Sequence record: NC_135729.1
DNA: 64,000 bases
Origin: a phage
Reading direction: 5' to 3' (one strand)
Below are positions 56,964 through 64,000 of the stretch, piece by piece. Below the pieces are notes generated by a model. It had not been told where the DNA came from, ran no database searches, and worked only from the letters and a program-made list of their open reading frames with translations. Every line of letters begins with the position of its first letter. Positions within the stretch are counted from its first letter, which is position 1. Both the position numbers and the translations under genes were made by a program.

Positions 56964-58246
56964 TGCATCAAATCAAAACAACACTGTACGCACTGAACAA
57001 AGATGGCAGCTACCAACAGTGGAAAGTATTCACTGATGGCGAAAAGGTTATCGTAGAGTTTGGCAAGCTTGACGGTAAATTGCAGTACAAAGAGACGGTA
57101 TGCACACCTAAGAACGTAGGTCGTGCCAATGAGACTACAGCTGAGCAACAGGCCGAGCTTGAGGCTATCAGCAAGTGGGAAAAACAAGTCCGTCTGGGGT
57201 ATGTTGAAAACATGGAAGATTGCGAGCAGGGTGTTGATCTTTTACCCATGCTGGTGCATGACTACCTGAAGCGTGGCAAGGCACTTAAACTACCTTGCTG
57301 GATCTTGCGTAAGTTAGATGGCCTTCGTCTGCTTGTTGTTTTCCAAAATGGTGAGCCTAAATTTATTTCCCGTGGTAATAAGTCCTACCCTATTCAAGGA
57401 AAGCTTTTAGAGCAACTTCGTTCTTTCCATTCTACCACTGGGATTAAACAACTTGATGGGGAACTATACATTCATGGTCTTCCTTTGCAGAAAATAGTGT
57501 CTCTTGCTAAACGGTGGCGCACACAGGAAGAGATTCAGGCCGAGATCGATAAAGACTATGAGGCAGATAAAAAACGCCGTCATGCCGCAATTAAGTCCGG
57601 CTTATCAACATATAAAAACTTCAACAAGGTAGATATTCCTGTCGATGTTGAGCCTGTTCGTGATGATTTGCGTTACGGTGGGTACTGTAGCTACGATCTG
57701 GAGTATCACATTTTTGATATTCCTAGCGACAAGGTGTGGTGGGATCCCGAAACAGAGTCTGGACGCTGCAAGGATCTTATGGATGCAGAGGATACCGTTA
57801 CCACTCTGATGCTTGACCATATCAAGGTTGTTGACGCAGAGCTTGCGTACACAGTTGATCATTGCGAAGAATCTGTTGGTATATTCATGTCCGAAGGATA
57901 TGAAGGTACCATTATGCGTAACTTCTGTGGTAAATATGAGTACGGTCAGAGAACATCTGAAGCATTGAAATGGAAAAAGTTCAACGACGCAGAGGTGAAA
58001 GTTATTGACGTTGAGAAAGATAAGAATGATGAAGGTGTTCTTATCTGTGTTGACAAGGAAGGTATTGTTGTTAAAATGAAGATGAAAGGTACGCACGAGG
58101 AGCGTAGCTATGACAGAATGCAGGAAATGATCGGCAAGTTTGTCACCTTCAAATATCAAGCAAGGACAGAAGACAACAACTACCAATTCCCTGTCGGTAT
58201 CTGCGTCCGAAATGTTAACCCAGACACTTGGGAGGTGCTGGAATAA
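56963..58246 (+). CDS. ATP-dependent DNA ligase
   Basis: Motif I KLDG (active-site Lys), motif IV EGTIMR, motif V LKWKKF. Confidence 0.8.
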   Translation: MHQIKTTLYALNKDGSYQQWKVFTDGEKVIVEFGKLDGKLQYKETVCTPKNVGRANETTAEQQAELEAISKWEKQVRLGYVENMEDCEQGVDLLPMLVHDYLKRGKALKLPCWILRKLDGLRLLVVFQNGEPKFISRGNKSYPIQGKLLEQLRSFHSTTGIKQLDGELYIHGLPLQKIVSLAKRWRTQEEIQAEIDKDYEADKKRRHAAIKSGLSTYKNFNKVDIPVDVEPVRDDLRYGGYCSYDLEYHIFDIPSDKVWWDPETESGRCKDLMDAEDTVTTLMLDHIKVVDAELAYTVDHCEESVGIFMSEGYEGTIMRNFCGKYEYGQRTSEALKWKKFNDAEVKVIDVEKDKNDEGVLICVDKEGIVVKMKMKGTHEERSYDRMQEMIGKFVTFKYQARTEDNNYQFPVGICVRNVNPDTWEVLE

Positions 58247-58388
58247 TTTAGGTATGTTTAGTAGCCAATTGAATAAGTGTTTTCAATTTGCACCTACATA
58301 TGCCCTGATGTATGAACTGTGCAACCTAGCCACACCACACAGTGGTGCTGATCGGGGCTCGTTATGAGTGAACTGGAGAGTATGAAAA

Positions 58389-58859
58389 ATGAAACTTGAT
58401 AAAAATGTTCAACGAAAGGCTTTCTTGGATATGATCGCATATTCGGAAGGCACAGATAATGGTAGACAACCTACCAAGGATCGGGGATACGATGTCATAG
58501 TCGGAGGCAAGCTGTTCAGCGATTACAGCAAGCATCCCGGTGTTTACGTTAAGCTAAATGCTAAACTTACCTCCTCCGCTGCTGGGCGTTACCAGGTTTT
58601 GGAGAAGTTTGCTAAACACTACATGGAACAGTTAGGATTGCCAGATTTTGGCCCTGCCAGTCAGGACAAGATTGCGTTGCAACTGATCCGTGAGTGCAAG
58701 GCTCTCGCCGACATTGACGAAGGGCGTATCCACGAGGCTATCCATAAATGCCGTTCCCGCTGGGCTTCGTTGCCTGGTGCTGGATATGGTCAGCATGAAC
58801 AGAAGATTGAGAAGTTGATCGAGGTGTTTAAAAAGGCAGGCGGTGTTGTCCTTGATTGA
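58389..58859 (+). CDS. endolysin, lambda R-type lytic transglycosylase
   Basis: Near-colinear with the lambda R sequence as recalled: QRKAFLDMIAYSEGTDNGRQPTKDRGYDVIVGG ... AGRYQ ... ASLPGAGYGQHEQK. Confidence 0.85.
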   Translation: MKLDKNVQRKAFLDMIAYSEGTDNGRQPTKDRGYDVIVGGKLFSDYSKHPGVYVKLNAKLTSSAAGRYQVLEKFAKHYMEQLGLPDFGPASQDKIALQLIRECKALADIDEGRIHEAIHKCRSRWASLPGAGYGQHEQKIEKLIEVFKKAGGVVLD

Positions 58860-58862
58860 TCA

Positions 58863-58891
58863 TTGACATAACCACACGGACGTGGTATTGT
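58863..58891 (+). promoter_or_regulatory. sigma70-type promoter upstream of the small-protein / HNH genes
   Basis: -35 TTGACA (58863..58868), 17-bp spacer, extended -10 TGgTATTGT (58886..58891). Confidence 0.45.
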
Positions 58892-58922
58892 TACCTCATA
58901 AAATGTTTAGGAGGGTTTAACC

Positions 58923-59129
58923 ATGAAAGACTTTCTGTTGGCAATTTTGTTCATGGCAGCATGTCTGGCCTGTGGTGTCGTGTTTGCAGGTGAAACAGCG
59001 TATCTTGTCGATGTATATCGGGACAATGGTAAACGTATTTGCCTTTATGAGACAAGTCAAGGTGAGCTCTACGAGCTTGTGAAACAAGGCGAGGCTGGAT
59101 CTTGTCCTCGCACCCATTTCTTTGAGTGA
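58923..59129 (+). CDS. small secreted or membrane-anchored Cys-containing protein (68 aa)
   Basis: N-terminal hydrophobic signal-like segment FLLAILFMAACLACGVVFAG, then a charged domain with extra Cys; AGGAGGG ribosome-binding site. Confidence 0.4.
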   Translation: MKDFLLAILFMAACLACGVVFAGETAYLVDVYRDNGKRICLYETSQGELYELVKQGEAGSCPRTHFFE

Positions 59130-59138
59130 GGAGAATAC

Positions 59139-59603
59139 GTGGAAGACGGACGTTTAATGAAGTCTGAACGCAGGCTTATTGTGCAACTGATCCCAGAAAC
59201 AGCTTGGTATAATAACCTCCGAAACGCTGTGAAGAAGAGTGAGTGGGATAAGATCCGCAAGAAGTGCTATAGAGAAGCCAACTACACCTGTGAGGTGTGC
59301 GGCGGTAAAGGCAGCAAACACCCAGTGGAGTGTCATGAACTTTACACTTTCGAAGAGGGAGTGATCCGGCTTGTCGGACTGATAGCGTTGTGCCCAGATT
59401 GTCACACATCAGTGCACCCTGGGTTAGCAAATATCCGTGGAAAGTATGCTCAGGCAGTTAGTCAGTTAGCTAAGGTGAATAAGATCACCAAGGGTATGGC
59501 AGAGGCCTATTACCGAGACTGCTTTGCAGAGTGGCGTGAGCTTAGTAAAGTTCCAGAATGGAAGACTGACTTTTCGTGGATAGAGGGTTACCTTGATGGC
59601 TAA
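59139..59603 (+). CDS. HNH-like / zinc-finger nuclease-like protein (154 aa)
   Basis: CEVCGG ... HPVECHE ... CPDCH arrangement resembles an HNH His-Me finger with zinc-binding Cys pairs; not confirmed. Confidence 0.4.
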   Translation: MEDGRLMKSERRLIVQLIPETAWYNNLRNAVKKSEWDKIRKKCYREANYTCEVCGGKGSKHPVECHELYTFEEGVIRLVGLIALCPDCHTSVHPGLANIRGKYAQAVSQLAKVNKITKGMAEAYYRDCFAEWRELSKVPEWKTDFSWIEGYLDG

Positions 59604-59886
59604 GAAACCTGTAAAAGAGAAATTCGATAAGACAGCTTTTGTATTCGATACACCTCTGGACGATATCATCAGAGGTATGCAAGCCTTGTATCGGAAGGCT
59701 GAATCTGAGCAGTTGTCTGAATCAGAACTTTACTGGCTTGGTTGGTGGGAGTTAAACCTGCCTAAAGCTGAAAGTTCTTGTCTGAGAACTGTTAAAACGT
59801 GCGCCCAAGAAAACGCTGCACTTGGAATCTACCACAAAAGGAAAAGATCAACAAAAAGCTCTCCAAGAAAGACTAAAAAGTCTTGA
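59593..59886 (+). CDS. hypothetical protein (97 aa) with basic C-terminus
   Basis: ORF overlapping the upstream stop; C-terminal KRKRSTKSSPRKTKKS. Confidence 0.35.
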   Translation: MMAKKPVKEKFDKTAFVFDTPLDDIIRGMQALYRKAESEQLSESELYWLGWWELNLPKAESSCLRTVKTCAQENAALGIYHKRKRSTKSSPRKTKKS

Positions 59887-59912
59887 CAAAAGTGTTATTA
59901 ATCTGATATTAT
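59883..59912 (+). promoter_or_regulatory. sigma70-type promoter
   Basis: -35 TTGACA (59883..59888), 18-bp spacer, extended -10 TGaTATTAT (59907..59912); AGGAGAA ribosome-binding site before the ATG at 59946. Confidence 0.5.
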
Positions 59913-59945
59913 CGGTCAGATATCTATAAACTAGGAGAACTAGAT

Positions 59946-60254
59946 ATGCTTAAAATTTTTATTATTGAAGATAAAGATATTGTCCAGTTGTATGCAAACG
60001 AGAATCATAAAGGTATGATTCTGAAGAAGGCAAGCAACCTTCATGAAAACACAATTCAACCTGGCGATGTAATTAAGATCTGTGGTTATATGATACCAGA
60101 CTCCTTGATGAAAATAACCCACCACTGGGGGTCTAATCCGTTCCTTTTTGAAAAGTATTGGGATGTTGAGTCACTTATTGCAGAGAGTGATGATGCATTC
60201 CATTACAGCATCCAACCATCTTGCAGAATAACTAACAGGAGGGTCTTTGAGTAG
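59946..60254 (+). CDS. hypothetical protein (102 aa)
   Basis: ORF directly downstream of the promoter; no motif. Confidence 0.4.
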   Translation: MLKIFIIEDKDIVQLYANENHKGMILKKASNLHENTIQPGDVIKICGYMIPDSLMKITHHWGSNPFLFEKYWDVESLIAESDDAFHYSIQPSCRITNRRVFE

Positions 60255-61386
60255 AGAATATCCACTTATTGAGTCCATAGATTGTCTGGCTGATCTTCTT
60301 GAACCTGACGCTATAGTTTATTATGACTTCGATCAGGTTGCATATCAAGCTGCAGCAAGTTGTGAAAAAAGGACAATTGAGGTAACACACAAAGCCTCCG
60401 GACGTAAGAAGATGTTTAAAACACGAACAGAGTTCTGGGGGCGGCAGAAGAACACCGTTGGTGGTTGGTTAAAAGCTGAGAATACCAACCGTGAAGCTGC
60501 ATGTAAAAAGGCTGGCAAGGAGTTTATTCCGTGGACACGAGAAGATTTCGATGTCTTGGATATCCAAACCCCAGATCCTGTAGAGAACTGCTTGCACACA
60601 ATTAAGTGTAAAGCTAATGCAGTCCTTAATTATCTCGGTATTCCGGAAGATCGGTGCGTTGGGGTGCTGGGAGGCACAGGTAACTTCAGACTAGATCTCC
60701 CAATGCCGGAAAGATATAAAGCCAACCGTAACAATACTCTTCGACCACTGCTGCTTGGAGATGCAAGACAGTATCTCCAAAAGCAGTATAATGCTCAAGT
60801 GATCAACGGTATCGAGGCTGACGACTGGTTAGCTATCCAGCAATTTGAAGGTTGGAACCACTACCAAAAAACAGGTAAGTTCAACAAGTTTATTATCTCT
60901 ATTGATAAGGACCAAAGAACACTACCGGGGCTTGTGTTCGATCCCATGCGAAACGATAAGGGAGATTTTGTAAGGGAAACCCCTATGCTGATCGATAACG
61001 GTATGGGGAACATCTTCATGAAGCCTAATGGAGAGGTTGGTGGTTACGGAATGCTGTTCTTCGGATACCAAATGCTGTGTGGTGACTCTGCCGACAATAT
61101 TAAGCCGTATCAAGGACTTATCGGTAAGGGTAAGTTCGGGGATGCCTCAGCATTCTACCTACTGTCTCAGTGCAGCACTCCAAAGGAGATGTGGGTGGCT
61201 ATTATTGATCAGTACAAGAAGTGGTTCCCGAAAGGTGTTGTTAAGTATACTGACTTCAACGGTATTGATCGTAGAATTTCCGTAGGTCAGTGGATGAGTA
61301 TAATTTTTGACTGTTTGTATATGAAGCGAACATTCAATGATCAAACAAAACTTGTTAACGTTCTTAGAAATGTTGGAGCAATTTGA
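60247..61386 (+). CDS. 5'-3' exonuclease / flap endonuclease (FEN family)
   Basis: GIEADDWLA matches the conserved (G)xEADD metal-binding motif of FEN / T5 D15 / pol I 5'-nuclease domains. Confidence 0.6.
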   Translation: MSREYPLIESIDCLADLLEPDAIVYYDFDQVAYQAAASCEKRTIEVTHKASGRKKMFKTRTEFWGRQKNTVGGWLKAENTNREAACKKAGKEFIPWTREDFDVLDIQTPDPVENCLHTIKCKANAVLNYLGIPEDRCVGVLGGTGNFRLDLPMPERYKANRNNTLRPLLLGDARQYLQKQYNAQVINGIEADDWLAIQQFEGWNHYQKTGKFNKFIISIDKDQRTLPGLVFDPMRNDKGDFVRETPMLIDNGMGNIFMKPNGEVGGYGMLFFGYQMLCGDSADNIKPYQGLIGKGKFGDASAFYLLSQCSTPKEMWVAIIDQYKKWFPKGVVKYTDFNGIDRRISVGQWMSIIFDCLYMKRTFNDQTKLVNVLRNVGAI

Positions 61387-61718
61387 TGACTAAAAATTCT
61401 GTAGATAATGCAATTATGGAAGCTGTTTTTGAGGATGATCATACAACAGGGACCATTAAAACAAAAAATACATTTATTGTTGCCACAGGTATGTGGCGGT
61501 TGTATGAAGATGACACTATTTCATACATCCTGTACACAGATGATTACGCAGATGACCGTGTATGGTCTGCTGTTTTAAAAGAGGATTGTGAGTTGATTGA
61601 GGGCGAGCGGTTATGCATGTTCACCAGTGTGGAAACAGATGTTAAGCTTTGCTCTCTCGTCTTGTTCAAAGATAAGGCTTATGCTCCTGATGAAGGAGAG
61701 GAGGATGAGGAAGCATGA
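61383..61718 (+). CDS. hypothetical acidic protein (111 aa)
   Basis: Overlapping start/stop with both neighbours; acidic tail EGEEDEEA. Confidence 0.35.
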   Translation: MMTKNSVDNAIMEAVFEDDHTTGTIKTKNTFIVATGMWRLYEDDTISYILYTDDYADDRVWSAVLKEDCELIEGERLCMFTSVETDVKLCSLVLFKDKAYAPDEGEEDEEA

Positions 61719-62344
61719 GAGAGCGTCTATTATCCATAGACCAGTCGTTGACACACACAGCTTGCGTTGTATGGGACGATGGAAAGCCTGTTCATAAGGT
61801 TGTGTTACGAACTCAAAGCTCATCTGCAAAAGAGAAGAAACCAGGGACGGTTTCTTTTGCAACAGCTGCTGAGCGTATTGACTGGATCTGCAAACAGGTC
61901 AGATATTATATCCACACGCATCACGTTGACACCGTGGTTATGGAAGGGCTTTCCTTTGGATCACGCGGGGATGCCACACGTGAACTGGCTGGGTTGTTTT
62001 ACGGTCTTGAAATTATGCTTTGGGATGCCTTAGCTGATTGTGAAAATGACGGCCTGTTTAAGGTCCACACAGTGACACCAACAACTGCCAAAAAGTTTGC
62101 TCGTAGTCATCTTCCTGAAGAACTTGCTTTTGAGGAGAAGAAAAAGCTTGACAAAAAGACAGGTAAAGAGCATACTGTGAAGAAACCTGTTACAATGGAT
62201 AAAAAGTTGATGGTTAAGGCCTGCGAAGTATCTGAACCTGGGTTCCTAGACGGGATCAATTTGGTACAAGGTAAGGCCGATCTCGCAGATGCTTATTGGA
62301 TAGGCAGGGCTCATCTGGAGGGATTATCGCAAAGCGTAAAATAA
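61715..62344 (+). CDS. RuvC-like Holliday junction resolvase
   Basis: Catalytic-residue spacing fits the RuvC fold: D in LSIDQS, E in VMEGLSFG, D in ADAYWIG. Confidence 0.5.
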   Translation: MRERLLSIDQSLTHTACVVWDDGKPVHKVVLRTQSSSAKEKKPGTVSFATAAERIDWICKQVRYYIHTHHVDTVVMEGLSFGSRGDATRELAGLFYGLEIMLWDALADCENDGLFKVHTVTPTTAKKFARSHLPEELAFEEKKKLDKKTGKEHTVKKPVTMDKKLMVKACEVSEPGFLDGINLVQGKADLADAYWIGRAHLEGLSQSVK

Positions 62345-62901
62345 GAAAGAAAGCTGTCAAAGCCCCAGTTCATAACGGGTGGTTAAAAGATTCTAAGGAC
62401 ATAGCCAACTTTCGAAAAGAATTGTCAGAGGAGCAGGATGGTCTTGATCCGATCTTGTGCGAGCCACTTCGTAAGCCTTGTTTAGATCATGATCATCTGA
62501 CTGGTCGTTGCAGGGGTGTTTTGTCTCAATGCACTAATACCTTTGAGGGGTATGTGCTTAAATACTGGATGAAATACTGTAACGAGTATACAGATTGCAG
62601 TTTATCAGAGGCGTTGCGCCGGATGGCTGACTATTTGGAGAAAGACTACAGCGACTTCCCGCTCCACAAAAACTACAGAGATGATATGACAAAGTTCTTG
62701 AGGAGATGCTCTAAAGCTACGATTATTGCACGAGCAGAATCAGATCTCAATCTTGTCATTGATCCGGAGTGCACCAAGCATGAGGCTATTGAGTTCTACA
62801 TGCAAGAGTTTATAAAGAAAACTGAGGAGAGAGATTTCTATGGGGATGAAAAAGGTATTCAATCCTTGCGACTCAGTCCTGATCAGGATGAAATACCGTA
62901 A
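62296..62901 (+). CDS. endonuclease VII-like (T4 gp49-type) junction-resolving nuclease
   Basis: CEPLRKPCLDHDHLTGRCRGVLSQCTNTFEG matches the endo VII zinc/His-Me signature; start uncertain (49-nt overlap with upstream gene). Confidence 0.6.
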   Translation: MDRQGSSGGIIAKRKIRKKAVKAPVHNGWLKDSKDIANFRKELSEEQDGLDPILCEPLRKPCLDHDHLTGRCRGVLSQCTNTFEGYVLKYWMKYCNEYTDCSLSEALRRMADYLEKDYSDFPLHKNYRDDMTKFLRRCSKATIIARAESDLNLVIDPECTKHEAIEFYMQEFIKKTEERDFYGDEKGIQSLRLSPDQDEIP

Positions 62902-63061
62902 CTGGAAAGGTGTTGTTGCAGATCGCTGCGTTACTGAGCCTAATTTATGGTTTGGCTCTACAGAGTATCATAAAGAAGAGCAGTGGTTGATGCGTGCCTT
63001 CGATGTAGACAAGGGCGAATATCGTGACTTCGCTTTAAAAGACATTCTTCAGTTTTACTAA
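62840..63061 (+). CDS. small hypothetical protein (start uncertain; ATG at 62888 also possible)
   Basis: ORF overlapping the end of the endo VII-like gene; no motif. Confidence 0.3.
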   Translation: MGMKKVFNPCDSVLIRMKYRNWKGVVADRCVTEPNLWFGSTEYHKEEQWLMRAFDVDKGEYRDFALKDILQFY

Positions 63062-63073
63062 GGAATCTTAACG

Positions 63074-64000
63074 ATGATGACAAAGTTAACTCTTGAGCAA
63101 ATTTTAACACTAAAGCAACAAGGATACACTAATAGACAAATTGCTCGTGAATTTTTAGGCCGTGAGTCACGTGAGAGCTGGATCCGACTACAGCTTAAAC
63201 GTGCACAAGAGAATATGTCAGAGATTGTAGGAGAAGCAACGGAGCGCTTCCTTGAAGAGCACAAAGGTGCTAAAGTTTGGGTGTATGATACAGAGACATC
63301 CCCAACAAACGGCTGGTTCTTTGGGCACTATAAGACCAACATTCAAACCTGCGGTATTGAAATTATGCCCTACATGCTAACTTTCGCAGGTAAGTGGTTA
63401 GACAGTCCTAGTGTGGTTGACTGCGCTCTTCCTGATTACAAAATGTGGGATGAGGATATTCACAATGATCTCGAATTGATTCAGGATTTGTGGTATTATC
63501 TGGATAAATGTGATGTCGCAGTAGCCCACAATTCAGGTTTTGACTGTGGGTGGGCCAACCAACGATTTGCATTTCACGGATTGCCTCCAACAAGCCCCTA
63601 CAAAGAGGTTGACACCCTTAAAATGATCAAGAAGGCATTCCGTTTGAATGCAAACACTTTGGAGTATGCATGCAAATACTTCCAACTTGCCCGACAGAAA
63701 CTGATTGACCACACATTTGAAATGTGGATCAAGTGTGTTCACGGTGATCTTGAGGCGTTTAAACAGATGCGGGAGTACAATGTTGGCGATATCCTATCTC
63801 TGGAAGGCCTGTATTTGCTGGCTCGCCCGTTTGCTAAGCAGCACCCCAACATGTCATTGTACTACCAGGATGAGGAGCCAAAAGTTCGTTGCCCACGCTG
63901 TGGTGGAGAACACCTTCACGAGGAAGAAGCTTTGGCGTATACTCAACTGAGTGCATTTAAAACATACCGCTGCGAAGGTTGTGGATCTGTTGTTCGTGAC
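63074..64000 (+). CDS. HTH-containing DEDD-type 3'-5' exonuclease domain protein (partial, runs off the window)
   Basis: Not in the track because no stop within the window; N-terminal HTH-like LTLEQILTLKQQGYTNRQIAREF, Exo I VWVYDTET, Exo II VAHNSGFDCGW, then CPRCGG ... CEGCGS. Confidence 0.5.
   Translation, partial: MMTKLTLEQILTLKQQGYTNRQIAREFLGRESRESWIRLQLKRAQENMSEIVGEATERFLEEHKGAKVWVYDTETSPTNGWFFGHYKTNIQTCGIEIMPYMLTFAGKWLDSPSVVDCALPDYKMWDEDIHNDLELIQDLWYYLDKCDVAVAHNSGFDCGWANQRFAFHGLPPTSPYKEVDTLKMIKKAFRLNANTLEYACKYFQLARQKLIDHTFEMWIKCVHGDLEAFKQMREYNVGDILSLEGLYLLARPFAKQHPNMSLYYQDEEPKVRCPRCGGEHLHEEEALAYTQLSAFKTYRCEGCGSVVRD

Noticed and set aside
57605-58186. 193-aa minus-strand ORF antisense to the DNA ligase gene
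   Set aside because: The plus-strand frame carries all the ligase motifs (KLDG, EGTIMR, KWKKF); the antisense frame is a hydrophobic, low-complexity artefact.
1-64000. Integrated prophage with attachment sites, integrase or transposase
   Set aside because: No tyrosine or serine recombinase motifs, no transposase, no host genes at either edge, and tRNA genes are internal. Consistent with a virulent-phage genome segment, though lysogeny genes outside the window cannot be excluded.

Overview
The whole window reads as bacteriophage DNA from a large tailed phage with a contractile tail (myovirus-type gene order); no host genes, integrase or CRISPR array were seen. Four blocks are visible. (1) 1-1.5 kb: a few small plus-strand genes, two of them Cys-rich or zinc-ribbon-like, ending at a bidirectional terminator. 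(2) 1.5-48.3 kb: one continuous minus-strand late module, transcribed right to left. It runs from an i-/o-spanin pair and terminase large subunit through portal, prohead protease, scaffold and major capsid, then neck proteins, tail sheath, tail tube, a frameshifted chaperone pair, tape measure and baseplate genes, to an unusually large set of fiber and tailspike genes of 348 to 1875 aa, with strong intrinsic terminators after several abundant-product genes. (3) 48.7-49.6 kb: a minus-strand cluster of six canonical tRNAs (Pro, Met, Thr, Ser, Tyr, Arg) plus one atypical 99-nt tRNA-like element, followed by small minus-strand genes and a 660-bp non-coding hub with a GC-rich island and a four-copy palindromic operator array. 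(4) 52-64 kb: a divergent promoter pair separates a leftward HTH regulator, metallophosphoesterase and polynucleotide-kinase-like operon from a rightward operon encoding an Rnl2-like RNA ligase, a zinc-less Sir2 (sirtuin) protein, a MazG-like pyrophosphohydrolase, DNA ligase, a lambda R-type endolysin, an HNH-like protein, a FEN-type 5' nuclease, RuvC-like and endonuclease VII-like resolvases, and a partial DEDD exonuclease. The best candidate for an undescribed system is the unknown 116-aa gene, zinc-less Sir2 and MazG-like cassette at 54.5-56.3 kb, read together with the split kinase/phosphatase/ligase RNA-repair set beside the tRNA cluster. All calls rest on reading the six-frame translations and the DNA by eye; no database search was run, so product names are motif- and synteny-based.
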